From assembly GCA_964188305.1 (NCBI GenBank), contig OZ076886.1: DNA of 64,000 bases; one strand, given 5' to 3'. Source of the stretch: Podarcis bocagei. Taxonomy: Eukaryota. The translations under genes were made by a program, and so were the position numbers. This document shows positions 1 to 11,962 of the stretch, piece after piece. The notes below the pieces were generated by a model. That model was given only the letters and a program-made list of their open reading frames with translations, was not told where the DNA came from and made no database searches. How positions within the stretch are numbered: the first letter of the stretch is position 1; every line of letters begins with the position of its first letter.

Positions 1-96
1 GCACCAGAAGCATCTACAATGAGGAACCACCATGGGTCAGAAGAGTGATGCAGCTACTGTCTTGAGCCAATTGTTTGTAATGTTGAATATATGAAA

Positions 97-253
97 CACC
101 GTGATCAACTCCCACCCGGAAACCAATGTCCCCACTGTGGAAAGACGTGTGGTTCCAGAACTGGCCTCCACAGTCACTTACAAAGTCATTGTTAAAACCA
201 TGTTTATGGAAGACAATATTACTTGACTATGGGTGATCACCAAAGAAGAAGAA
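97..253 (+). mobile_element. RTE-clade LINE 3' fragment (C-terminal zinc-finger region, 3' UTR, GAA tail)
   Basis: 97-195 translates to HRDQLPPGNQCPHCGKTCGSRTGLHSHLQSHC* (CxxC-x12-HxxxH), followed by a short UTR and a (GAA)n tail, typical of RTE 3' ends. Confidence 0.75.
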
Positions 254-258
254 TAATG

Positions 259-434
259 AAACTGCCTTGTACTGAGTCAGACCATAGGTCCACCTAGCTC
301 AATATTCTCTACCCTGAATGGTAGTAGCTCTCTGGGGTTTCAGACAGAGGTCCTACCTGGAGATGCCAGAGATTGAATTTGAGACCTTCTGTATGTGAAG
401 CATGCATTCTACTCCATCACTGACCTATGGTCCC
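259..434 (-). mobile_element. tRNA-derived SINE with CR1-like tail (Squam2-like), diverged
   Basis: Minus strand has a tRNA-like head (AGAAGGTCTCAAATTCAATCTCTGGCATCTCC) and tail GAGCTAGGTGGACCTATGGTCTGACTCAGTACAAGGCAG; similar copies near 10150, 13181 and 17580. Confidence 0.7.
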
Positions 435-1048
435 AAACCATGTCATGTCCTTCTATAGGAGCCAACGCTAGGGGGCACCCACAATAATATAAACTTGGGG
501 GCTGGGCACCCACAAAGTCAATGGGAAATGCCGGCAGGCGGTGGCAACGCTGCCTCCGAGAGAGAAGCAGTTCAGCTCTGTCCTCTGTAGCCAGCCAGCG
601 AGGCACCCATCTCCAGGGTGTGTGGCTTGGGCGCGAATGCAGAGTCTCTCTGCCTCCGAGTCCCTCCCCAAGGAAAAAAGTGCTTTGCTGACTGCCGAGA
701 GGAGGAGGAAGAGGAGCCATAGCCACTGCTGCCACAATGCGGATGTGCAACAACACATGCACATGCCTACACAGAGTGTGTGTGACGTCGTATCTGTGTG
801 TTGTGGCAGCAGGCACCCATGATCCTGAGGGCGAGATGACAGCCCTGTTTCCTTCTGCTTGCGCAATTGATGTGGCTGATAAAGTGAGAAGTATTAGTCA
901 CATTTCCACAGGATTTTAAAAGCAGTAGTGAATATATGCCTCATGGGATATATGGACTCCTCACCTTCAGTTGAGGCAGTTTCATGTGGCTGATCGATGG
1001 GCTCGAAGTGTTTATTCCCCTGAACCTTTAAAAATTATGCTTCTAGTA

Positions 1049-1269
1049 CAGTGGTACCTCGGGTTGAGAACTTAATTCATTCTGGAGGTCCGTTCTTAAT
1101 CTGAAACTGTTCTTAACCTGAGGTACCACTTTAGCTAATGGGGCCGCCGCACGATTTATGTTCTCATCCTGAAGCAAAGTTCTTAACCCGAGGTACTATT
1201 TCAGGGTTAGCAGAGCCTGTAACCTGAAGCATCTGTAACCTGAAGTGTCTGTAACCCAAGGTATCACTG
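1049..1269. mobile_element. Tc1/mariner (Tigger/pogo-like) MITE, family A
   Basis: TA|CAGTGGTACCTCGGGTT ... AACCCAAGGTATCACTG|TA; terminal inverted repeats (TIRs) with TA TSD; internal TGTAACCTGAAG repeats. Confidence 0.9.
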
Positions 1270-2179
1270 TACTCTTATTATAGGGAGTGTTTGTAAATGC
1301 AAGGTTAGCATTCACTACTGATTTTTTTAAAAAGCAACAACTGTAGGGAATAAAAACTTTAATTTTTAAAATCTCCCACCTTCCATTAGGAGTTAGCAAT
1401 CTCAGAATATCACCAACCAGCTGCAGCATGTCTACGTCTTATGGCTTGACAATGCGACAGATGACATGCCACAGATGCTCATGGTGAATGTATGCAAATC
1501 ACTCCTTATTTTATTTAGATTTTAAATGTATAGCTTGCCTTTCTGCCCATCCCAGCTCTTTAGGAAATCACAACAGATAGAAAAGATACAGCTACGATAC
1601 AGCAGTTAAACTGTGATCTTTCAGCATTTGGCATGTCATTGTTGTGCCGTGTTGTGCTGAGCAGGATGCTTAAATCATGATTTAAGGAGTGGAGTTATTC
1701 CAATCTGTGCTGGTGCCTTAATCATTGCACTCTCTATTAATCCAGCATAAAAGAAATAGCTCAGCATTTGTTTGTGAAAGGAGCATAAACACACATGGAA
1801 TTTTCCTGAAGCAGTAAGTGTTTTAAATAATCTACTTTATAGGAGAACCCCTATAAAGTGAGGACTGATTATTCCAATATATTGTAATGATTGTGACTAC
1901 TGCAGGGCATTTGTAGAGAAAACAGGTTGGTTAAGGAAAACTTGTTCCAGACATTAGTAAATGTGAATTTTATCATGCAAGTTCAGGTCCAAGCTTTATA
2001 CGTTTGTACCTTTGAGGCTCTCCCCCCTCTGCATTGTATGATGCATAGATCAGTTTCAATGTCTAAACAATGATAAGTTGTAGCCTACTGTATTCTTTAC
2101 AGCTTTGCCATCCCCACACTGTACTGAAGGTCCCTCAACACTCTGGAGCAGATCTAGGGAAGCTGCCAGGGGCTGCAGA

Positions 2180-2379
2180 NNNNNNNNNNNNNNNNNNNNN
2201 NNNNNNNNNNNNNNNNNNNNNNNNNNNNNNNNNNNNNNNNNNNNNNNNNNNNNNNNNNNNNNNNNNNNNNNNNNNNNNNNNNNNNNNNNNNNNNNNNNNN
2301 NNNNNNNNNNNNNNNNNNNNNNNNNNNNNNNNNNNNNNNNNNNNNNNNNNNNNNNNNNNNNNNNNNNNNNNNNNNNNNN
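2180..2379. other. Assembly gap (200 N)
   Basis: Run of exactly 200 N. Confidence 1.
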
Positions 2380-3783
2380 TTAAAATAAACAACCAATAAT
2401 GATATTATTGATGTAAAAGCTGTACTCATTTAAAAGAAAGCCAATTACAGAGAACATTGACCTCAAAACGCCTACTGGAATAGTACAGCTTTCAGTATCC
2501 TAAAAGCAAGTAGTAGTGAAGTCTCTAGAGAGACTTTTCCAGATCCTTGGTGCCACAACCAAAAAGGCACTGGGTCTTGAGACAATGTGGTCCAAGACTA
2601 TTTAGAGCTTCAACAATGTCATTCTCTATATATCTACCCAGAGTTCTGTGTTTTTGTTTTAATTTCTTCTTATTCAATTTTCCACACAGAGATAATTGCT
2701 TATACTGAGATAGGAAAATCCATGCAAAATAGATTAGCGGCAATTACCATGACAGATACATAGGACCTGCATGCTGAGAAGTGGCATGAATGGGTGCAAA
2801 CAAGAAGGGGCAGGGGCTGTCAGTGTTGTGTCCTGATTGTGAGCTTCCTGGAGATATTTGGTTGGTTACCCACTATTGGTGTAATGTTTTGGTTAGATCC
2901 AGCAAAGCAATTAAATGCCTTTCCAATCCATGAGTCCATGCATAAGTCCAGCTAAGGCAGACACACACCCCTCCCCCATTTTGCAAACCCCTCAATTTAT
3001 AAGCTCTTACAGAATCAAATAAAAATTATGGGGTAATCATGGGTGCGGAAGAAACATCACTGACTTCTTGGTGCTTGGCATTCTGAAGATGAACCAAACA
3101 GTATCCTCTCCTCCTGCAAATCCCTGGAAAATAAATTTAAAACAGGTTCTCCTATGAGATCCAGTTACTCTGGCAGCATCACTGTGAAATGCTGGAAATA
3201 ACTGGCTTCTGTCTCCCAAACTGCTCATCAGGTTAATCGAAGCAGGTTTTCACATTCTCCAAACAGATTTATTACTTGGCTTGGCTAGCTGACAAGCTGG
3301 ACTCCATGCTCGCTCGCTAATGTTTTACCAAATTGAAAAAATAATACCCCTCCCAATTGCTTCGTTAGGGCATAAGGTTTGCAGACAAATCAGATAAATT
3401 TCAGGGAAGAACATTGCAGGGGCTTGGGGGAGAGATGGAACCTCATGTTATCTGAAAACAATAAAAAGCCTGGAACTACTATTGGAGATTAATTTATTAT
3501 AACAATAAAAGCTAAATGCCAAGAGATGGGTGATATTCAATAAGTCTGAAGTGGAGAGGAGGAAAATTGAGGCAAAAGGCAAGAGAGAGCTGACACCGCC
3601 ACTGCTTTTGCTTGTTAAGAAGGCGCTTTGGAGAAAAGATTGTTTCTGCCTTAGGAACAGTTATTCCATCTCTGTGACATTTCAAACCAACCCTGCAACA
3701 TTGATCTAAAACAATTGTTCCCCATGGGAAAATGTGCTTTCTTTCCCAGAGGTGTGTAGTGGTTCTGTGTGTGGGCCAAGTAA

Positions 3784-4293
3784 TGTCATAGAGTGGTGGG
3801 AGGCACCAGCAGGTGAACTCCCAAGGGAAGAAGGCTCAGAGCCAGGGCCGTCAAAGGGAGAAGAGGTAGGAGACAGTGAGAAGAAGGTGTCAGAAACTAC
3901 AGAGGTAACAGGGTTTAGTGAGCAGGAAGAAGCTGTGGCAGAGAGCAGTCCAGACGCAGAGGCAGAAGTGGAGGCTGGAGGGCGGGGGGCTCAAGAGGCA
4001 GGCTACTGAAGAAACTAGGGGTTCTCCCCCTCCTGCTGTGACCAACTTCCCTCCACCCTGGTCGTCCAGAACCCACAGAGTGGAGCAGAGACAGGCAAGA
4101 TGAAGGAGCCTCAGATTGCTTGGGAAGGAACTGGGGGAGGAGGAGACAGTTGTGGGAAGGTGGGGACCTTCTGTCCTCACAACTGCCTCATTGGTGCAAG
4201 ATCTCCAGGAAAGAGTGGGTGCATGAATAAAGAGTTAACTTCACTGACACCTTGTGAGTTATTGCTGACCTGCTCCCAACCCCCACCCTGACA
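3784..4293 (+). mobile_element. Solo LTR (Gypsy- or ERV-type)
   Basis: TGTCA...TGACA termini, 5-bp TSD AGTAA (3779-3783 and 4294-4298), AATAAA near 4226. Confidence 0.85.
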
Positions 4294-4923
4294 AGTAATG
4301 AGGTGAAGCAAGGTGAACAGAGGTGTTTTTCTTTCTCCCCAAGTTGAAGTACAATGTTAACGTAGTCCCCTTGGATCACCCCCTCCCCGCCCAAGCATTG
4401 TGTTGCTTTGTTACTCTATTGTTTCTGCTATTTTCTGAATGTTATAGCTCTATGTTTTCCTACACTTCTATGATTCTGTGGGTCAATGGGCTATACAAAA
4501 AGTGAGGCCATCCAAAATTTTGCCTCAGAAATTGACAGAGATGCTCAGTCTTTGGAAGGCAAGCAACACCATCCTACCTGTGCTGCTCCACTAGCCGCTA
4601 ATGGCCTAAAGCTCTTCTGAACTCCACAGGCAGCATTCTGGATAGCCTCACATTGTAAAGACTTTTGGAGGCCTGTAAGACTCATAGGATGATACAAAGA
4701 GGCAGTGGAAGGGCTGGTGTTTTTAATGTACAAGCAAGAATATATACCACTTGGTCACCTTAATCCACTCAAGGTGGGCTCCTTTGCCTGCAAATTCCAT
4801 CCACTTTGCCCCAAAGGTGAAAAAGCTATAGCCTTTTTAAAGAAGATCTCCAGGGAAAATGGAGCTCCAGTTTTATTCAGAATAGCTCAGAACCTGAATT
4901 ACAGATTGAAGTGGAAAGAACAT

Positions 4924-4928
<5 letters not shown>

Positions 4929-4976
<48 letters not shown>
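4929..4976. repeat. (GA)n microsatellite
   Basis: Direct reading. Confidence 0.98.
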
Positions 4977-4978
<2 letters not shown>

Positions 4979-5084
4979 ATCCAAGGCAAATCTTGTGAGT
5001 TGTGCACACCCTTTTTCTTCTTCTTCAGTATTGCTCCCACACCCCAGAATGAGAATGCTGAACAAGCGTTGGGGTAAAAGGGTC

Positions 5085-5155
5085 ACCATGAGAACAGGAT
5101 GCTGGGCTAGATGGGCCACTGATGTGATCCAGGAGGGCTCTTCTTATGTTCTTAG
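5085..5155 (+). mobile_element. CR1-type 3' tail remnant
   Basis: GGATGCTGGGCTAGATGGGCC...GATCCAGGAGGGCTCTTCTTATGTTCTTA resembles squamate CR1/CR1-SINE tails. Confidence 0.55.
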
Positions 5156-5907
5156 TTCTCCTTTGAGCATGGCCTAGCACATCACGGTGTTTCTACATGT
5201 AAATAGTGCTGGTGGGACTCGTGCTACTTTCTTTTTTTCAATTGATGAAAACTTTTTAAATCTGATTGTCTGGCTTCTTTTGAAGCCTTGGCTGAAAACA
5301 TAGGACTGGGATTTGTTGTTTACCGTTTTAAATTAAGCCAAGCAATAGAAATTGCAAAAGCTAAAGTAATTTTACATATATACACTGAACAGTGACACAT
5401 TTTTGCTTTATCAGTATCGTGGGATTCTTTAAAGGGACTGCTTCACCAAACAGGAATATTTTGCTTGCATTTGCAAAACAATATGAAAGCCATTCTGCCC
5501 TCAGTGTTTAACTACAAGCTTTGCCCTTCTGCCATGTCGATATTGACTCATTTCCATCTAAGAGGCTGGAAATGATTGGGAAACTTTTTGCTGCCTCTGG
5601 TTACTAATGATAAGGCAACAAAGGATGAATTTGCTGACTCACAGAAGGCCATATGCAAGTAGGGAGGTTGGAGATGAAATGGAAGAAAATCTGATTTTGC
5701 ATATGCTTCTTGCAGCTTAGCTATGTGATACAACAGCTTTGCACCATTATTACACAGCAATGCTATCACTGATTATGGAATGCAGTATTTTTAAAGCGTA
5801 TTTCTTCTGTGAAGGATATTTGCCCTTAAAAAGTAGTAACTCTTTTCTCCAATAGGTAGGAAGTAACAATTCTGACCTCTCTAGGATCTCAGGTATAAAT
5901 CTCTTTG

Positions 5908-5931
5908 ATATATATATATATATATATATAT
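5908..5931. repeat. (TA)n microsatellite
   Basis: Direct reading. Confidence 0.95.
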
Positions 5932-6677
5932 TACCTCCATAATGAGTCAGGGCAATGTGAGCCAGGGTTTGATAAGTCTTCACCTTAAAACCTATTTTCT
6001 TTTCTGGAACCTACTGCTGGTACATTTCTCTGGTAAGAAAGAAGGAATGAAGTCTATCCCAACCACAGCCCTCTCATCACTGAATATTCAAGCCTACATC
6101 CTTCTCCCACACATCAGACACCTGGGCAGGGCACCTCAAGTATTCTTATTATTCTCTTATAAAATTGCATTAAATGTTCTAAGCACTCCACATATATTAA
6201 AAGACAGACCCTGCTCACAGGCTTGCAATCTAACAGACAGACAGAAAAGGGAAACTGAATCAGTGGGGGAAGGAGGAAAGCAGCCATTGTCTCAGTGGCT
6301 CTTTCGTAGGCTGTTTCGCAGGCTGAGGGCTGAGTTGGTCTTCCCTCTTGCCATGGTGTTCTTCCTGAGAGGCAATAGGTCCAGCTTCCTAGTGCCCCTG
6401 GGTCCCCTGGCTAGTGACAGTAGTAGCCCAAGGTGTGCTTGCCTTCAAATGATAAGCCTCACACTTAAGTGAAACAAGTGGTTGGATTTTTATTTCCATT
6501 TTTAGTGAAAGCATGGGAAGTCACAGCAAAATTGCAGAAATGCCTTTTGCATCTTACTGGACAATATATGGTTCTTGCTCTTGCAGGACAGGAGAGAAGA
6601 AAACATCAGCAAACCTTCCCTTGTACTGTATTGATTGTTGCCCTTATGCATGTAATTAACTGAAATCTAAGGAAGTA

Positions 6678-6934
6678 CCATATTTTTCGCTCTATAAGAC
6701 ACTTTTTCCCTCCTAAAAAGTAAGGGGATATGTGTGTGTGTCTTATGGAGCGAATGCAGGCTGTGCAGCTATCCCAGAAGCCAGAACAGCAAGAGGGATC
6801 GTTGCTTTTGCTGCGCAGCGATCCCTCTTGCTATTCTGGCTTCTGCGATTCAAAATATTTTTTTTATTGTTTTCCTCCTCCAAAAACTAGGTGCATCTTA
6901 TGGTCTGGTGCATTTTATAGAGCAAAAAATATGG
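6678..6934. mobile_element. Tc1/mariner-type MITE, family B, with internal hairpin
   Basis: TA|CCATATTTTTCGCTCTATAA ... TTATAGAGCAAAAAATATGG|TA; internal inverted repeat CAGAAGCCAGAACAGCAAGAGGGATCG / CGATCCCTCTTGCTATTCTGGCTTCTG. Confidence 0.88.
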
Positions 6935-6971
6935 TAGATTTATTTAGGAAGGGTTTCTCAATTAGTTCTCT

Positions 6972-7361
6972 GTATGGAAGTGAGAGCTGGACCATTTGAA
7001 TTATGGTGCTGGAGGAGACTCTTGAAAGTCCCATGGACTGCAAGAAGATCAAACCTCTCCATTCTTAAGGAAATCAGCCCTGAGTGCTTACTGGAAGGAC
7101 AGATCTTGAAGCTGAGGCTCCAATACTTTGGCCACCTCATGAGAAGAGAAGACTCCCTGGAAAAGACCCTGATGTTGGGAAAGATGGAGGGCACAAGGAG
7201 AAGGGGACGACAGAGGGCGAGATGTTTGGACAGTGTTCTCGAAGCTACCAGCATGAGTTTGACCAAACTATGGGAGGCAGTGGAAGACAGGAGTGCCTGG
7301 TGTGCTCTGGTCCATGGAGTCACGAAGAGTCGGACACGACTAAACGACTAAACAACAACAA
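6972..7361 (+). mobile_element. BovB (RTE) LINE 3' fragment
   Basis: Encodes FELWCWRRLLKVPWTARRSNLSILKEISPECLLEGQILKLRLQYFGHLMRREDSLEKTLMLGK...; ends GTCGGACACGACTAAACGACTAAACAACAAC. Confidence 0.95.
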
Positions 7362-8875
7362 TACCACATCCCCACAACAAAAGACAAAGGGCATTTTCAC
7401 TTCAACAGGCACGGTCCTATTGGTGGGTGCCTCCTGCTGGTCCCATTCCCCCTGGGAAAGACGCTGTGGTTCTACAATTGTTGTTACAGGGGACCACCAG
7501 TGGGGGCTGCCAATTCCCCCTGCCAGCATTGCCCCTGGAATGACGCAATGTTATAGAGCAACATTGCTCCAAGGGACACTGGGGGTGGGAAGTAATGGCC
7601 AATGGCTGAGAGGGTCTTCTTAAAAAGTTGCATTCATAGTAAATTAAGCTTTTAAAAGAAACAAAAAGCAGGATGAAATCACCACTATGCCCTAACAGGT
7701 AAGTCCTTGCCCTGAAAGCAATCCCAGATATTTACAATCCCAATTATTATTATTTTGGGAAGAGGTTACAGAGGTGGAGTGGCACTTTCACCAACCCCAG
7801 CATTTGAGCTGAATTTCCTCACTGCAAAACGTTTACAACCTGTCACTTGCAAATGCTGTCACAGCAGTCTTAAAAAGCCAACGAGAGTCATTTTAAAACC
7901 AGTTGTTCATTTCAGTTGATGTAGCTTACACAATTTACAAACAGAATTGTAAACAGCAGTTTAACCATAACAAGTGACACTGGCCTAAACAACCTAAAAA
8001 CCCTGCAACACAACATGTGGTAGCTGCTAGATAGCCAAAGCTCTGGATTGTTTGTACTGTATGTATGTTTTCCTTGCCTATCATCCTTGCCCAGTAGAGG
8101 GTGCAGTAAAACACTCATATGTGAGCTCTTCCAAGCCCCCCCCCCCCAAATCCAGGGATCTTGGTATTGACTCTGCTGCATGTTTTGTCACTCTGAATTG
8201 ATAGCACTTGTGTCTCTTGCCAGGGAGGGGGGGAAACAACTTCCCTCTTCCCCAGCACAAGTGCCAAGGTGCATTTTGTCAACATCAATTCCGCATTCAG
8301 GCCGGCATCATTAGGGACAGAGCAAGTGCTGCTTAAACTCTGCATCGGTGATTAAAGCAGCATAGAGGGACATACTTAATGCTGTCAAGATTGTGAATGG
8401 ATAGTGGAATAAGGGGCTCTTGCCAGCCAGGGGTAATTAGCATGTTGCTATCTCAAATGAGAGAGCTGCGCTGTATAATTCAGAAGTGCCACCAAGCAGG
8501 CTGCATTATTTATCGCATCCATCTTCTTCCATACAGACAAAAAAAAATCCATCTTTTTAAGGACATTATGTTGCATGTTAAATGGGGAAATAGATGGCTG
8601 CAGGTCCCTCACCTGCACATTGCCCAGGGCAGGGAAAGAATAGCCATCCTAACACAGTTGTTGAACGCTCAAAGCATCTCCACCTCCTGTCTCCCTCCCC
8701 TCCCTTTCCCTTCTTTCTCTTCTCTTCATATGCCAGCACCCACTCTGTCACCTTCTCTGTTTTTGCAGTGGCCCAAAGCTTCTTCTGCAAAACCTGAGCT
8801 CTTCTACGGCAGGGGCAAGGAATGCTGTGGCCATCCAGATGTCATTAGACTCCAACTCCTAGGGTATCCCGTTAA

Positions 8876-9171
8876 AGGGATCGGGGAGGGGGGAGTTACC
8901 ATGTCTTTATGCCCAGCCAGGGGCCAGGGCCAATGGCACTCTCCCAGATGCCGATCCCAGCGGGAGTCACCCTATTTGATGTAAGTTCTAGGAACCTCTG
9001 CACATGGGTTGACCTATGGCTTCACTTCCGCCATGTGGGCCGGAAGTATTTGATTGCCCTATGCCCAAGCCTTACATCTGTATTCAATAAAGTTGTGGCC
9101 TGTTTCGACCCAAATCAGTTGACGTTGTCCTTCAATTTTCTGGGGAGTTGGGGACAGAGGTGCACGATCCC
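8876..9171 (+). mobile_element. Unclassified LTR-like insert interrupting a hairpin MITE
   Basis: AATAAAGTTGTGGCC near 9086; short inverted ends AGGGATCG/CGATCCCT; flanked by two halves of the common CCAGATGT..GGACT..AACTCCCATCAGCCCCAGCCAGCATGGC MITE. Confidence 0.3.
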
Positions 9172-10151
9172 TGGGCCTGTAATTCCCATCAGCCCCAGCC
9201 AGCATGGCAAATGCTTAAGGGTGATGGGAGCTGGAGACACAAGATCGTCCCACACATTCTATGGAAATAATTTATCCTAACATTTTCTATGTCTACCATC
9301 TGAGTGGTGTGTGCACCCACACCATGGCTGCATCTCTGAGTGAGGCGGCAATTTAAAATTTAAAAAAGCTTAGTTTATGGATGATTAAGCTGTATATAAA
9401 TTTTGTTAAATAAATAAACATTGTCATGATTTGTGCCCAGCACATTTTCTCACCCGCTTTGTCCTTACAATAGGCTAGAGAGGGAGAAACTGACCCGAGG
9501 ACACCAAACAACCTTCACTTCTGGATCCTTGCTGTTTGAGGATGCCAGGTGCTGACCTCAGCCCTATTTGTAGCTGGGGCAGGGACCCTCAGTCTCCCCA
9601 GTTTGCATCCAACACATTTTCTGCCATCCCACACTGGCCTGGACGATTATGGCATGATCTGCCAAGTCCCACAGGGGTGCCAGATTTGACCATTCCTTTT
9701 GCTGCAGGATCCCTGCCCATGTGGAAACAATTTCCAGCAGCAATCACACCACTGTGGGAATGTTATGTTTGAATTAGGCCTTTGCGGCCCTGGCGCAGCT
9801 GTTGGTACAAAGAAACTATAATAGTGTCGCCCCCCCCTTTGCTCTCTCTGGGAAGACTCACCTGATGCCGCCTCCTCCTTTGTCCCCCACTCCCTGCTTT
9901 GACTCGCCTGGAGGTGGCTTGTCTTACTGCTCTGGTTAAATGTATTTATTATTTTTTTAAAAAAATAACTACTCCTTTAATGTGGGTGTGCCACATGTGA
10001 TTTGAAGGATGCATGCCTGCACATAGCGTTTTGCTGCTTTTAAAATACGCAGCAGTGGTATTTTGGAAAACACCAAATAACGCACGCCCTTCAGAACAGA
10101 TCGTTTGGCTGTTGTGTGTATTCAGGAAAGCATATGTCTTTGTTTACATAC

Positions 10152-10280
10152 CAAGTCAGACCCCTGGGTCCATCAAGCTCAGCATTGTCTACAGTGATTG
10201 GCAGAAGCACGGCAGGGTTTCATACTGGGAATACTCCTAGTCCTACCTTGATATGCTGGGGATTAAACCTTCTGCATGGA
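10152..10280 (-). mobile_element. tRNA/CR1-tail SINE (Squam2-like), diverged
   Basis: AGTCAGACCCCTGGGTCCATCAAGCTCAGCATTGTCTACAGTGATTGGCAG matches the 259-434 family. Confidence 0.6.
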
Positions 10281-10295
10281 CAGGTCAAGCTTATA

Positions 10296-10553
10296 CAGTG
10301 GTACCTCGGGTTGCAGACGCTTCAGGTTACAGGCGCTTCAGGTTACAAACACTTCAGGTTACAGACTCCACTAACCCAGAAATAGTACCTCGGGTTAAGA
10401 ACTTTGCTTCAGGATGAGAACAGAAATCGTGCTCCTGCGGCACAGTGGCAGCAGGAGGCCCCATAAACTAAAGTGGTGCTTCAGGTTAAGAACAGTTTCA
10501 GGTTAAGAACGGACCTCCGGAACAAATTAAGTACTTAACACGAGGTACCACTG
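10296..10553. mobile_element. Tc1/mariner MITE, family A
   Basis: TA|CAGTGGTACCTCGGGTT ... CGAGGTACCACTG|TA; opposite orientation to the 1049 copy. Confidence 0.92.
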
Positions 10554-11243
10554 TAATCAGAGGGAATTATTTTACCTACAGTGCAAATCTGTTTTAGTCC
10601 CACCTCCAGCCCCAGCAATCTTTTCCACTATGGGTGGAATTCTTGAATAGGGCATGTGATACTAACTGCGCCCATTTCCACTGAGGAAAAAGCAGCTCAG
10701 TATACTGTATATGCCATAGCCTCTCCCTTCTGTGCACTAAAGTCAATAAAAAGATGAAAGAAATAAGAACCTCTGTCTGTGGACATAGCATATGAAAAAC
10801 GTCCATAATCCTGTGGCTTCTTATTTGGGATTTGAGTCACATGCTCAGCTAATGATGCAGTTGAACCAATCTCTCAGCAATGTTTGGTCCAGAGGCTTCA
10901 AAGCAAGGAATTGGTTAATATTACCATTCCTTGATAAAAGCTTCTTTAATGGTAGGAAAGAAGAGGAAGAGGCCTGTACTACCTTTAAGACTGTGGGTGG
11001 AATTCAATGTTGCACTATTTTGAATGTCCCATCAACACAAGCACTGCAGCTTGCCAGATGGGATGACCCCACATCTCCTCCCTCACATTCTGTCCTGGTG
11101 GTTCTCCTGACTTTCATAGACCCAATTTTTGGGGTACGGAGAAAGGATGGGGAGTGGGGAAGCACATTGCATCAGCTTGTGTGGATTGCACTTGTTAGGT
11201 GAATCCTGCCCTGTGGGTTGTATTCAACTAAGTCCTAAATGGA

Positions 11244-11247
<4 letters not shown>

Positions 11248-11289
<42 letters not shown>
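11248..11289. repeat. (CA)n microsatellite
   Basis: Direct reading. Confidence 0.98.
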
Positions 11290-11292
<3 letters not shown>

Positions 11293-11508
11293 TGTGAAAA
11301 TGCCTTTATAAAAAAATGTTTTGAAAAATACATTGAATTTTACATAGCTCACTGTCACCATCTAGTGTCTCATTTGTATATTGCGCTTTTACAACACATT
11401 TAAAACGCTTTATTTGCAGCTGTATGGCTGAGTCCCTACTCAGAGTAGACCCATGGAAATTAATAAACCAAATTTAGTTATGTCAATTAACTTCCATGGG
11501 TTTAATCT

Positions 11509-11908
11509 CCCAGTAAGTTTCCGAGCACAATTCAAAGTGTTGGTGCTGACATTTAAAGCCCTAAACGGCCTCGGTCCAGTATACCTGAAGGAGCGTCTCC
11601 ACCCCCATCATTCTGCCCGGACGCTGAGGTCCAGCGCCGAGGGCCTTCTGGCGGTTCCCTCATTGCGAGAAGCAAAGCTACAGGGAACCAGGCAGAGGGC
11701 CTTCTCGGTAGTGGCGCCCGCCCTGTGGAACGCCCTTCCAGCAGATGTCAAAGCGATAAACAACTACCTGACATTCAGAAGACATCTTAAGGCAGCCCTG
11801 TTCAGGGAAGTTTTTAACGTGTGATATTTTACTGTATTTTTGGTTTTTATGGAAGCCGCCCAGAGTGGCTGGGGAGGCCCAGCCAGATGGGCGGGGTATA
11901 AATAATAA

Positions 11909-11960
<52 letters not shown>
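11509..11960 (+). mobile_element. L2 LINE 3' fragment with (TTA)n tail
   Basis: Encodes LPVSFRAQFKVLVLTFKALNGLGPVYLKERL...RAFSVVAPALWNALP...FRRHLKAALFREVF*; 3' stem CCGCCC...GGGCGG; TTA tail; TAATCT duplicated on both sides. Confidence 0.95.

Positions 11961-11962
<2 letters not shown>

Noticed and set aside
2070-2429. ORFs containing long X runs
   Set aside because: Artefacts of the N gap
3734-4009. Glu-rich 91-aa ORF
   Set aside because: Lies almost entirely within the purine-rich solo LTR; compositional artefact
5942-6472. 176-aa ORF
   Set aside because: No domain or splice support; composition looks non-coding
6958-7623. ORFs of 121-179 aa
   Set aside because: BovB 3' fragment and its alternative frames, not host genes
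8397-8984. 195-aa ORF
   Set aside because: No recognisable domain; runs through low-complexity and repeat sequence
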